Shown: positions 48,787-58,231 of the stretch, piece after piece | Layout: every line of letters starts with the position of its first letter | Numbering within the stretch: the stretch's first letter is position 1 | NCBI GenBank assembly: GCA_964449435.1 | Contig: CAYUYR010000003.1 | Coordinates: forward strand, 45,614 to 109,613 | Direction of reading: 5' to 3' | Origin: an uncultured Planctomycetaceae bacterium | GTDB taxonomy: Bacteria; Planctomycetota; Phycisphaerae; Sedimentisphaerales; UBA12454 | Length of the DNA: 64,000 nucleotides | Program-made: the position numbers and the translations under genes | Notes under the pieces: model-generated | What the model was told of the DNA's origin: nothing | The model's database searches: none | Seen by the model: only the letters and a program-made list of their open reading frames with translations

Positions 48787-48892
48787 ATCGGTCGCAATGC
48801 TCGTTTCGTCTTTCGTTTGTCGGTTACGTTTTGGCAACGTTTTACTATTAACGCAACCGGTACGAGTCTCGCAGCCGCAACCGTTTGACGTT
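48787..48892 (-). repeat. ~100-nt nested-palindrome element, copy C
   Basis: Reverse complement: CGGTTGCGGCTGCGAGACTCGTACCGGTTGCGT...ACGTAACCG...ACGAAACGAG...GCGACCG. Confidence 0.8.
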
Positions 48893-49672
48893 TTATCCGA
48901 TGATGCCGAGGCGTTTGAGAGTATTTTTCGACCATCGCATAGAACGCATCTGTGCGTTGATAAGGAGCAGCGTTACCACGAGCCATAAAAGGCTGAACCG
49001 CATAACCATTAAACCAAGCGCTCCGGCAGAATACCCACTGAAATTTTCCCAGACGGCAAGCAGCTCGGCAGGAGTGTAAATCACGCCGAACAGGACGGAT
49101 TTGAACATCAATTGCCACGGAAGAATAAGCACAACAACAAGAAACGATACGAAGACGGCTTTCGTGATATGACTTATTCCGCCGAGCCTGCCGACGAGCG
49201 AAATCTTCATAGCGAAAAGGAGCGTCAGGGAATATATGATTGTAGAGACCGCCAGCAGATAATTGCAGACCCTAATCGTCCAGGCAATATTCGCGAATTT
49301 AATTTTTATCTGCGGATAATGTTTTGTATGTGCGGCTGTGTTGGGGTCGGCCTTTGCGGCGTTGGCGTCAGCGGTCAGGGCCTGAGCGGCCTGTTCGATT
49401 TTTTGCGTCTTGGTTTCGACTTTCGCCTCCTGCTTGGCGGGTACGGCCAATTTTGCAATCATAGTAGAGACAGGCGCAAGGCTGCTTTGAGCCGTTTCGT
49501 TAGGCAGTTCGATATATTTTGTCGGCGTCAGCCAGAAAATAGCCTGCAAAATCAGCAGACAAATAAAACTGATAAAAAAGAATAGATTTTTAGCGTTTTT
49601 GAGAGTTCCGATAGCTTCGAGACAATCGGTGGTCTCGAGAAGCTGGTCCTGTCTTTTCGATTCATCAGCCAT
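48893..49672 (-). CDS. Hypothetical integral membrane protein (4 TM)
   Basis: Start MADESK with SD AAGGAG right after hemL; hydrophobic segments; LILPWQ. Confidence 0.75.
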   Translation of the reverse strand: MADESKRQDQLLETTDCLEAIGTLKNAKNLFFFISFICLLILQAIFWLTPTKYIELPNETAQSSLAPVSTMIAKLAVPAKQEAKVETKTQKIEQAAQALTADANAAKADPNTAAHTKHYPQIKIKFANIAWTIRVCNYLLAVSTIIYSLTLLFAMKISLVGRLGGISHITKAVFVSFLVVVLILPWQLMFKSVLFGVIYTPAELLAVWENFSGYSAGALGLMVMRFSLLWLVVTLLLINAQMRSMRWSKNTLKRLGIIG

Positions 49673-49673
49673 T

Positions 49674-50984
49674 TTATTTCTCCTTAAATCTCGGCCATTT
49701 CTTATCGGCACAGACAACTTTTAGACTATTGTGTACTGCGGCTATCGTTTTTTCAACATCCTTTTTTGTCAAAGCGGCAGAAATAAACATCGCCTCGAAA
49801 GGACTGGGGGCAAGATAGACGCCGTTTTTGAGCATCTCTGCGAAAAACGCCTTAAATAATATCGTATCGGCGGCCTTTGCATCGTTGAAATTTTTTATGG
49901 GTTTTTTCGTAAAAAAGCAGCTCAAGAGCGAGCCGATTCGATTTATTGTCATAGGAACAGAGGTTTTTTTTGCCGCCTCGGCAAGGCCGAGATGGAGGAT
50001 TTTCGCCTTTTCTTCAAGGCGGGCATAAAATCGTTTATCTTTTAAGATTTTCAAAGTCGCAATCGCCGCGGCGGTAGCCAATGGGTTGCCGCTCAAAGTA
50101 CCCGCCTGATAAACCGGCCCGACCGGAGCGAGCATATCCATAATATCAGCTCTTCCGCCGACGGCTGCGCAGGGCAGGCCCCCGCCAATGATTTTACCAA
50201 GACAGGTCATATCAGGTTTGACTTTAAAAATTTTCTGTGCGCCGCCGAAACAGAAACGAAAACCCGTAATTACTTCGTCGAAAATCAAAAGCGTCTTATT
50301 CTCATCGCAGAGTTTTCGCAGTGCCCACAGATAGCCGGGCTTGGGAAGGACAACGCCCATATTTGCGGCGACGGGTTCGATTATGCAGGCGGCGATTTTA
50401 TTTTTATATTTTTTAAATGCGCGTTTAGCCGATTCGATGTCGTTAAAATCAGCGTTCAGCGTGAGCGAGGAAAGCGATTTCGGCACACCCGGACATAACG
50501 GCTTTGAGAATTCAGCCGAGCCTGAGCCGGCACTGACGAGCATAGAATCGCTGTGGCCGTGGTAGCAGCCGGACATTTTCAGGATATAATTTTTGCCGGT
50601 AAAGGCACGTCCGAGACGGACTGCTGTCATAACGGCTTCGGTGCCGCTGCTAACAAGGCGAACTTTGTCAATCGAATCGAAGGCATCAACGAGCATCTCG
50701 GCAAGGACAGTCTCTGCATTAGTTGGGGCGCCGAAAGATGTTCCTTTTTGGGCGGCAGTTTTTATTGCTTTGATTACGGACGGATGTGAATGGCCGAGTA
50801 TTAAAGCCCCCCACGAGCATACGTAGTCGATGTATTCCCTGCCGTTTGTGTCGTAAATTTTGGAACCTTTGCCTTTTGCGATGAAAATCGGCTCGCAGCC
50901 GACCGATTTGAATGCCCTGACGGGAGAGTTTACCCCGCCGGGCATCAGCTCACAGGCTTTTTCGAACTGTCTATTGGATTCCAT
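49674..50984 (-). CDS. hemL: Glutamate-1-semialdehyde 2,1-aminomutase
   Basis: MPGGVNSPVRAF, SGTEA, GCYHGHSD, FDEVITGFR, LGKIIGGGLP, YQAGTLSGNP. Confidence 0.97.
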   Translation of the reverse strand: MESNRQFEKACELMPGGVNSPVRAFKSVGCEPIFIAKGKGSKIYDTNGREYIDYVCSWGALILGHSHPSVIKAIKTAAQKGTSFGAPTNAETVLAEMLVDAFDSIDKVRLVSSGTEAVMTAVRLGRAFTGKNYILKMSGCYHGHSDSMLVSAGSGSAEFSKPLCPGVPKSLSSLTLNADFNDIESAKRAFKKYKNKIAACIIEPVAANMGVVLPKPGYLWALRKLCDENKTLLIFDEVITGFRFCFGGAQKIFKVKPDMTCLGKIIGGGLPCAAVGGRADIMDMLAPVGPVYQAGTLSGNPLATAAAIATLKILKDKRFYARLEEKAKILHLGLAEAAKKTSVPMTINRIGSLLSCFFTKKPIKNFNDAKAADTILFKAFFAEMLKNGVYLAPSPFEAMFISAALTKKDVEKTIAAVHNSLKVVCADKKWPRFKEK

Positions 50985-51181
50985 CCTTTTGACTATAATC
51001 TTTAAGTGTCAAAAGTGCAAACAGTTGCGTTAAAGAGCAGTTTGTTTTTCTATTGCAAAAAACGGCAAATTGCGTATACTCTGCTTTTCTTAAGCAGGCG
51101 CAAGAAGTGTTTGTAACCTGTTTTTGCTAAAATAGTTGCAGTTGAAAAACAGATTTTTAAAACCTTTTTTTGGAGAGTGAT

Positions 51182-53368
51182 ATGCATCTGGTTAAATGGT
51201 TTCGCAGGAATATGACCAAGTTGATGGCGATATTCGTGATACTGATTATGATAGCTTTTATTATGCCTACGGTTTTAAATCAGCTTGCCAAGCCGAAAAT
51301 GAGGGCCGGAAACGCGATGTGGCTGTACGGCAAGGACAGTAAAATCAGTATCGAGGATGTCCGGCAGGCTACCGCAGAGCTTGCTGTGCTTCGCGGATTA
51401 TACGTGGACAGGTTTTTAATGGGCCAGCAGGATTTGAAGCTTTTGCTTTTGGGGCAAGTGCTTTTTCCGGAACCACAGCAGTCCGCAATGTTGAGCGACG
51501 AACTTAAAAAGCTTTCTCTGCAGGGCCGACTTTATTTAGGCGTTTCAAAGATAAATGATTTCTTTTCGCAAACTCGCGGCAGGTCAGAATTGTTCTGGAT
51601 ACTGCTTAAGAACGAAGCTCGGCAGGCAGGCTGTACGGTTCTTCCAGACTCTGCGGCCGTTCTTCTCAATAGGCTTATTTCCCAGATAACCAATAACCAA
51701 CTTGATGCGGCAACGGCAGTTAATAGAGTATGTCTTGCCAACAATATGACAGAGTCGCAGGCGTTAGCCGCCTTTGCGGATGTTATGTCGGTTGTGATTT
51801 ATGCAAGAATTGTGGGCGATTCCGAAGATGTTACCGAGCCGCAGCTTGAAAATGTTTTTGCAAGAGCAAAGGAAACGATTAACGCCGAATTCGTGCAGTT
51901 CAGCGCTGATGATTTTCTGGACGAAGTTTCAGAACCGGGCGAGTCGCAGATTTCGGCACAATTCGAGAAATATAAAAATTACCTGCCCGGCGAGCTAACA
52001 GACGATAACCCTTACGGTTTCGGATATAAAATTATGCCGCGGGCTGCGGTGGATTATATAATTGTAAAACTCGACGATGTGAAAAAACTAATAGACAGAC
52101 CCACAGAAGAAGAAGCTGAAGAGTATTATCAGAGAAATCTTGAACGATTTACAGAACGTTTGTCGGCGGATGTGAACGACCAAAGCGGCGAACCAGTCAT
52201 AAGACAGAAAAGTTATGCCGAAGTAGCCAACAGTATAAAAGCAATGCTGTACACTCAAAAAACGGGGGCGCATTGTACGAAAATTCTTAACAGGGCGGTT
52301 GAACTGGCCGAAGCCGGTTTTGGGTCGCTCGATTTTGAAAAGGCGAGCCTTGATGAGTTTCGAAATAAAGCCGGTGATTATGCAGTTTCGACAGAAGCTG
52401 TGTCCAAAGAATACGGCATCAAATTTTATACCGGTAGAACGGGATTGCTAACCGCTGAGCAGATGCAATCAGACCGATATTTAGGAACACTGCTGATGGC
52501 CGGACAAAACAGGATGCCGGTAAGACTTGTAAGGCTTGCATTTGCGGTATCACCGCTCGGCGACGAAGCGAGCAAGCTCGGCCCGTTCGAGCCGCCGGCT
52601 CCGAAAATGTATGTCAGTTTCGGGCCTCTGGCCGGCAGGGACGGCGATATTATGGCAATGGTGCGTGTTGTGGAGACCGCCGGCTCGATGGTGCCGGAAA
52701 ATATCGAATTCAGCTATCAAAAAAATCTCCCTGAAATTTTCGAGCCTGCTGAAGCGGGAAACAAAAGTTTTATCTTAAAAGATGTTGTGGCAAAGGATTG
52801 CAAAAGACTCGAGGCGATGAAAATTGCAAGAAAGACAGCAGAGGATTTTCTCGAAACGACTAAAAAGCAGTCATGGGAGTCGGCTTTGCAGAAGCTTGAC
52901 GCCTCGTCCGGCAAAAAAGATGCCGCTAAAAAGACGCACGAACTGCAAACATGGAACGACAGGACCAGGGTTTCGCAGATGGAGATAGAAATGGCAAAAA
53001 CGAAAACTGCCGGATTAACAGGAGCGGGAAGCATCGTCAAAGAGAGCATAAGTTACGCCGAACTCATAAATATATTTTACCAGAAATCGCTGGATATACA
53101 AGCGGCCAAAGAAGAATTACCGCTGATTATAGATTTTGAACCACAGCTTTCCTGTTATGCGGTAAAAAATCTGACCTGCGATTTTGGAACAATCGAAGAG
53201 TATGAAGCTGTACGTCCGGAGCTGGCTTTTCAGCAGGATTATGTTATATCGCAGAGTATGGCGATAGAGCACTTTATGCCTGATAATGTTATGAGACGAT
53301 TGAACTTTCGACCCGCACAGACGCCGGAAAAATCGGCCGATTCTAATGATATAAACGGAGAAAATTAA
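51182..53368 (+). CDS. Large membrane-anchored periplasmic protein, SurA/PpiD-like architecture
   Basis: KWFRRN + single TM; VTEPQLE..F, INAEFVQF, PTEEEAEEYY resemble PpiD segments; SD GGAG. Confidence 0.6.
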   Translation: MHLVKWFRRNMTKLMAIFVILIMIAFIMPTVLNQLAKPKMRAGNAMWLYGKDSKISIEDVRQATAELAVLRGLYVDRFLMGQQDLKLLLLGQVLFPEPQQSAMLSDELKKLSLQGRLYLGVSKINDFFSQTRGRSELFWILLKNEARQAGCTVLPDSAAVLLNRLISQITNNQLDAATAVNRVCLANNMTESQALAAFADVMSVVIYARIVGDSEDVTEPQLENVFARAKETINAEFVQFSADDFLDEVSEPGESQISAQFEKYKNYLPGELTDDNPYGFGYKIMPRAAVDYIIVKLDDVKKLIDRPTEEEAEEYYQRNLERFTERLSADVNDQSGEPVIRQKSYAEVANSIKAMLYTQKTGAHCTKILNRAVELAEAGFGSLDFEKASLDEFRNKAGDYAVSTEAVSKEYGIKFYTGRTGLLTAEQMQSDRYLGTLLMAGQNRMPVRLVRLAFAVSPLGDEASKLGPFEPPAPKMYVSFGPLAGRDGDIMAMVRVVETAGSMVPENIEFSYQKNLPEIFEPAEAGNKSFILKDVVAKDCKRLEAMKIARKTAEDFLETTKKQSWESALQKLDASSGKKDAAKKTHELQTWNDRTRVSQMEIEMAKTKTAGLTGAGSIVKESISYAELINIFYQKSLDIQAAKEELPLIIDFEPQLSCYAVKNLTCDFGTIEEYEAVRPELAFQQDYVISQSMAIEHFMPDNVMRRLNFRPAQTPEKSADSNDINGEN

Positions 53369-53778
53369 TGACACAGGCGACGGCAGGAAAATTTCATTTG
53401 CCCAGCCTGGGTTTTCTTTTCCTTGTCGGTGTTCTGGGCTGGTGGATACCCGGCGCAGGACACTGGCTAATCGGCGAGCGAAAACGGGCGGTTATAATAT
53501 TTGTTTCGCTGACGTTTGCTTTTGTGCTGGGCATTTATATCGGCTCGATTGCCGTAATCGATGCAGGGACGCCTTGGTATTGGGCGCAATTTCTTGCTTC
53601 GCCGGCGGCGGCATACCTTGCTCATTTAAGCGGCTCTGTATATCATCTGGATTCTTTCGGCAGACCGAGAGAAATAGGCGAAATTTATACCGGCATTACC
53701 GGAATGCTGAACCTTTTGTGCGTTGTAAATGCCGTATATATGGCTCACTGCATTAATGTAAAAGAACGGAAGAAATAA
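53368..53778 (+). CDS. Small membrane protein (DUF6677-like)
   Basis: WIPGAGH, EIG..YTGITGMLNLL. Confidence 0.7.
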   Translation: MTQATAGKFHLPSLGFLFLVGVLGWWIPGAGHWLIGERKRAVIIFVSLTFAFVLGIYIGSIAVIDAGTPWYWAQFLASPAAAYLAHLSGSVYHLDSFGRPREIGEIYTGITGMLNLLCVVNAVYMAHCINVKERKK

Positions 53779-54017
53779 TGGTTTGCTGTCTTGCGGGTTT
53801 TATGGCCCCTGTACATATCGGCACAACGCCGCTGGCTTTTCTGCTCGCGCTGCCGCTGATAGCCGTTATAGCGGTTGTATATAAAGCCATAAAATTGGAG
53901 GAGATTAAATTTGTTCCCTTCGTTTGGCAGGTATTTCTGCTGTTCTGTTCGATTATCGTCTTTATGGTGCTGACGGCGATAGCACTCTTCGTCTTTATGA
54001 AATTGACCATAGGCTGA
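53778..54017 (+). CDS. Small hypothetical membrane protein
   Basis: LPL..VIAVVYKAIK, two TMs, translational coupling (TAATG). Confidence 0.7.
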   Translation: MVCCLAGFMAPVHIGTTPLAFLLALPLIAVIAVVYKAIKLEEIKFVPFVWQVFLLFCSIIVFMVLTAIALFVFMKLTIG

Positions 54018-54027
54018 TCGGCTGTGG

Positions 54028-56610
54028 TCAAATCTTCTTAAACTTAAAACTGTGCGCATCAGCGTCAATTCTTATCGTATCGCCCTCCGCAAATTTACCT
54101 TCGAGCAACTCGGCGGCAAGTTTATTTTCCAGCCGCTGCTGAATAGTCCGTTTCAGCGGCCTTGCGCCGAAAGCGACATCATAACCTTCATCCATTAACT
54201 GCTTTTTCGCGTTGTCGGCAAACTCAACATTTATGTGCTTGTCGTGCAGTCGAACGGCAAGATGGGCAAGCTGGATTTCTACGATTTTTTCAAGGTCTTC
54301 TTTGCTGAGCATCTTGAATACGATGCTTTCGTCGATTCTATTGAGAAACTCCGGCTTGAAATATTTTCTTAAAACTTCTTTTACGTGAGCCTCGATTTCC
54401 CAGTCGGCGCCTTGTTCTTCGGTGAGATGCATAATCTGTTCGCCGGCGATATTGCTGGTCATTATAATCACGGTATTTTTGAAATCGACCGTTCTGCCAT
54501 GACCGTCCGTGAGCCTGCCTTCATCGAAGACCTGCAGAAGAACGTTGAATACGTCCAAATGCGCCTTTTCTATTTCATCGAGCAGAATGACCGAATATGG
54601 TTTTCTCCGGACGGCTTCTGTCAGTCTGCCGCCTTCTTCGTAGCCGACATATCCGGGCGGTGCGCCGATTAAGCGGGCGACGCTGTGCTGCTCCATAAAC
54701 TCGCTCATATCTATGCGAATCATCGCGTTGGGGTCATTGAATAAAAATTCCGCCAAAGCCTTAGAGAGTTCGGTTTTGCCGACGCCCGTCGGGCCGAGGA
54801 ACAAAAACACGCCGATAGGCCTGCCGGCATCGCCTAATCCCGCACGGTTTCTGCGAACGGCATTACACAACGCATCGATAGCCTCGTCCTGGCCGACAAG
54901 ACGTTTGTGAATTTCCTGCTCCATATTCATAAGCCGTTCTTTTTCGCCGCTCAAAAGCCTTGAAACAGGCACCCCCGTCCATTTGGATACGATTTGAGCA
55001 ACGTGCTCTTCGGTAACTTCATTGCGAATCATTTTGCTGCCGTTGCCTTTTGCGAGCTGCTCTTCCTTTTCGCTGAGCTGTTTTTGCAAATCGGCAATCG
55101 TGCTGTATTTTAGCCTTGCGGCCGTTTCAAGCTCGCCTTTGCGCTGAGCCTCGTCGAATTGGGTATTAGTGCGGTCGATTTTTTCTTTAATTTGCTTTAT
55201 CGAATCGATGTCCGCTTTTTCACTTTCCCATTTCGAGCTGAGTTCTTTATCTTTTTCCTGCAGGTCGGCTAACTGCTTTTCAAGGTTGTCGAGCCGTTTT
55301 TTACTCGCAGGGTCGGATTCTTTCTTTAAGGCCTGTTTTTCAATCTGAAGCTGCATAATTTTTCTTCGTATATCGTCGAGCTCAGCGGGGAGCGAATCGT
55401 TTTCAATCCGCATTTTCGACGCCGCCTCGTCAATCAAATCTATCGCTTTGTCCGGCAGCCATCTGTCTGAAATGTATCTGTTTGAAAGCGTCGCCGCCGC
55501 TACGAGCGCACTGTCGGAAATTCTTACGCCGTGATGAGTGTCGTACCTGTCTTTAAGTCCCCGAAGTATCGCGATAGTTTCCTCGACAGAAGGCGGGTCA
55601 ACCAAAATCGGCTGGAATCTCCTCTCGAGAGCGGCGTCTTTTTCAACGTGTTTGCGATATTCGTCGAACGTCGTTGCGCCGATGCACCGAAGTTCGCCGC
55701 GGGCAAGCGAAGGCTTGAGCAGATTGCCCGCATCGACAGCACCTTCGGCCCTTCCTGCGCCGACGATTGTGTGCAATTCGTCGATGAACAGGATAATTCC
55801 GCCGGCAGATGCGATAACTTCCTTTAGAACCGCTTTAAACCTATCCTCGAATTCGCCGCGGTATTTTGTTCCCGCGATTAAAGCGCCCATATCGAGAGCG
55901 ACGACTTTTTTATTTTTTAATCCTGCCGGCACATCGCCGGCGACGATTCTCTGGGCAAGGCCTTCGGCGATTGCGGTTTTGCCGACGCCCGGCTCGCCGA
56001 TTAATACAGGATTGTTTTTTGTCCGGCGGTTCAGAACCTGCATACAACGCCTGATTTCGTCTTCTCTGCCGATAACAGGGTCCAGTTTGCCGCCTCTCGC
56101 CATTTCTACGAGGTCTATGCCGTATCTTTCCAGCGCCTTGTATTTTCCCTCAGGAGTTGCATCGGTTATTTTTTCAGAGCCGCGAATCTGTTTCAAAGCT
56201 GCTTCAATCTGCTGCGGCGTTATGGAATTGACGGTTAAGATTTCCTTGGCATCGCTTTTGACCGAGGCCAGAGAAATAAAAATATGTTCTACGCTTAAAT
56301 ACTCATCGCCCATTTTGTCGGCTCGATTCTGTGCGTCGAGGACGAGCTGATTAAAAACAGGGTCGGGCATAATCTGCGCTCCGACAGTTCCCGTAGCGAG
56401 CCTGTTGATTTCGCTTTCAGTCATTTCTCTTATGCGGCCGATATTCGAGCCGATGAGCTTTAATATCATAGCCGTGATTCCGTCATCGTCCTGCAAAATC
56501 GCAGCCAGCAAATGCAGCGGCGATAAAACCGTATTGGACTTGGCCATCGCGATTTGCTGTGCCGTAGCAAGGGCTTCCTGTGCTTTTAGTGTAAATTTAT
56601 CAAACTGCAT
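54028..56610 (-). CDS. clpB: ATP-dependent chaperone ClpB
   Basis: [16 protein letters not shown], long coiled-coil M domain, [17 protein letters not shown]; start MQFDKFT. Confidence 0.97.
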   Translation of the reverse strand: MQFDKFTLKAQEALATAQQIAMAKSNTVLSPLHLLAAILQDDDGITAMILKLIGSNIGRIREMTESEINRLATGTVGAQIMPDPVFNQLVLDAQNRADKMGDEYLSVEHIFISLASVKSDAKEILTVNSITPQQIEAALKQIRGSEKITDATPEGKYKALERYGIDLVEMARGGKLDPVIGREDEIRRCMQVLNRRTKNNPVLIGEPGVGKTAIAEGLAQRIVAGDVPAGLKNKKVVALDMGALIAGTKYRGEFEDRFKAVLKEVIASAGGIILFIDELHTIVGAGRAEGAVDAGNLLKPSLARGELRCIGATTFDEYRKHVEKDAALERRFQPILVDPPSVEETIAILRGLKDRYDTHHGVRISDSALVAAATLSNRYISDRWLPDKAIDLIDEAASKMRIENDSLPAELDDIRRKIMQLQIEKQALKKESDPASKKRLDNLEKQLADLQEKDKELSSKWESEKADIDSIKQIKEKIDRTNTQFDEAQRKGELETAARLKYSTIADLQKQLSEKEEQLAKGNGSKMIRNEVTEEHVAQIVSKWTGVPVSRLLSGEKERLMNMEQEIHKRLVGQDEAIDALCNAVRRNRAGLGDAGRPIGVFLFLGPTGVGKTELSKALAEFLFNDPNAMIRIDMSEFMEQHSVARLIGAPPGYVGYEEGGRLTEAVRRKPYSVILLDEIEKAHLDVFNVLLQVFDEGRLTDGHGRTVDFKNTVIIMTSNIAGEQIMHLTEEQGADWEIEAHVKEVLRKYFKPEFLNRIDESIVFKMLSKEDLEKIVEIQLAHLAVRLHDKHINVEFADNAKKQLMDEGYDVAFGARPLKRTIQQRLENKLAAELLEGKFAEGDTIRIDADAHSFKFKKI

Positions 56611-56640
56611 CGCATTTCCTTTCAACTCCATAATATATAA

Positions 56641-56656
56641 AGCAAAGAATGTGCCC
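56641..56656 (-). promoter_or_regulatory. Sigma-54-like promoter upstream of clpB
   Basis: GGGCACATTCTTTGCT = GG-N10-GC. Confidence 0.6.
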
Positions 56657-56738
56657 GAACCCAGAAAAAACATAACTCTTTACAAGATATAAACTTATAA
56701 AAAACAATCCGGCTCGGTTGTATGTCAGATTGGCAGTT

Positions 56739-56969
56739 TTAAAAAACCAGTGCCAAAAACAGCAGAAGCGTCCCGATAACTATCCCTGCAAAAGTTATCT
56801 GTAACAGGCGGCTGTATTTCGCAAAGCCGGGATGTGTATCCTCGAATTCCCAGTAAATATCGTCGAAGTCGGAGCCTTGTTTGGGACGCAGTTTAACCCT
56901 TACATAAATATGCGCAGCGGCGGAAACGATGAAAAGCAGGCTGCCGGAAATTGTCAAAAAAACGCTCAT
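56739..56969 (-). CDS. Small hypothetical 2-TM protein
   Basis: ATGA overlap with the phosphatase stop; two hydrophobic segments flanking DDIYWEFED. Confidence 0.7.
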   Translation of the reverse strand: MSVFLTISGSLLFIVSAAAHIYVRVKLRPKQGSDFDDIYWEFEDTHPGFAKYSRLLQITFAGIVIGTLLLFLALVF

Positions 56970-58231
56970 TTTTTTACCGCGGTTTTTTGTTCGAGAAGAG
57001 CAAAGATAACTTTCGCTATATCGGTATTGTCAATATAATTTCCATAAACAGGGTCATTGCCTTTGATGTGTTCGGCAAAAAGGTTCGAGCCCTGTCCTTT
57101 GGCGAAGAAGAATACTAACGAATTCGTATGTTTTTTGGAGTTCCATTTTATTGCCGGTATTTTTTTCTCTGCCGCAGGTTCGACACTCAAATGTCCGGTT
57201 TCATGGTCGGACGTGATAATCACGAGGGTTTTTTGCCAATCGCTTTTTGTTTCCACCCAGCCGATAACGGTATCGACAGCATCGGCAGAATCCGCCATTT
57301 CTTCGAGCATTCTCGCGCTGTTATTTGCGTGCGATGCCCAATCGACGGCTCCGGCCTCAATCATAATGAAAAATCCGTTCGGCTCGTCGTCGAGAATATT
57401 AAGAGCGGCCTTTGTCATTTCGGATAAATTCGGCACATTTCGATTAAACGGCACATCGAAAGGCAGAGCGGAATTTCCGCTGCGATTGTGTTGTAAGGTT
57501 GACGCTGTCTGAACGATACCTAAAACCCTTTTCGGCGTTTGGCCTTCGGCAAGATTTAAAAACTCCTGCCTGCTTTGAATTAATGCCCATTTATTTTTTG
57601 GCTTTGCGATGAGCGAATTCCACGTCTTACGGCTGATATATTTGAAATCAGGCTTGTCGAGTTTTTTGCCGTCGTCATCGAACAGCGGATTGCCGCAGCC
57701 GAAAATAACCTTTAACCCGTTTTGGTTTATCATCTCATCGGCGATTTCCTCATAATCGCTGCGTGATTTTTGGTGTACGACGAAACCTGCCGGCGTGGCG
57801 TGGCTGAACGGTACATCTGTTACGAGGCCTGTTGATATCCCGAGTTTTTCACACCTTTCGATGATATTCTCAAGTTTATTTTCATTTGCATCAATTCCGA
57901 GCAAGCCGTTGTTGGTTTTTATTCCTGTCGCCAGAGCGGTAGCCGCCGCTGCACTGTCGGTAATAAGGCCTGTCTTTACATAGTTGAAATCTTCGGCGGC
58001 CTGTTGAGGTTCATAAGAACCGCCGGCTGGATATGTGGTTACGGCAAGTTTTACCGGGAATTTTTCGAAAGATTGTGTTTCGTGTTTGTAATGATTCAAA
58101 GCATCGATATGGTTAAACCCTGCACCGTCAGCGATTATGAATATAATATTTTGAGGGCAATCTGCCGATGCCGCAAAGGCGAACGATGATATAAAAAGGA
58201 TAATCGGAATAAAATATTTTACAGTTTTCAT
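56966..58231 (-). CDS. Alkaline phosphatase
   Basis: NIIFIIADG, TDSAAAATALATG, HATPA, EAGAVDWASHAN, TSDHETG; signal peptide. Confidence 0.93.
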   Translation of the reverse strand: MKTVKYFIPIILFISSFAFAASADCPQNIIFIIADGAGFNHIDALNHYKHETQSFEKFPVKLAVTTYPAGGSYEPQQAAEDFNYVKTGLITDSAAAATALATGIKTNNGLLGIDANENKLENIIERCEKLGISTGLVTDVPFSHATPAGFVVHQKSRSDYEEIADEMINQNGLKVIFGCGNPLFDDDGKKLDKPDFKYISRKTWNSLIAKPKNKWALIQSRQEFLNLAEGQTPKRVLGIVQTASTLQHNRSGNSALPFDVPFNRNVPNLSEMTKAALNILDDEPNGFFIMIEAGAVDWASHANNSARMLEEMADSADAVDTVIGWVETKSDWQKTLVIITSDHETGHLSVEPAAEKKIPAIKWNSKKHTNSLVFFFAKGQGSNLFAEHIKGNDPVYGNYIDNTDIAKVIFALLEQKTAVKK

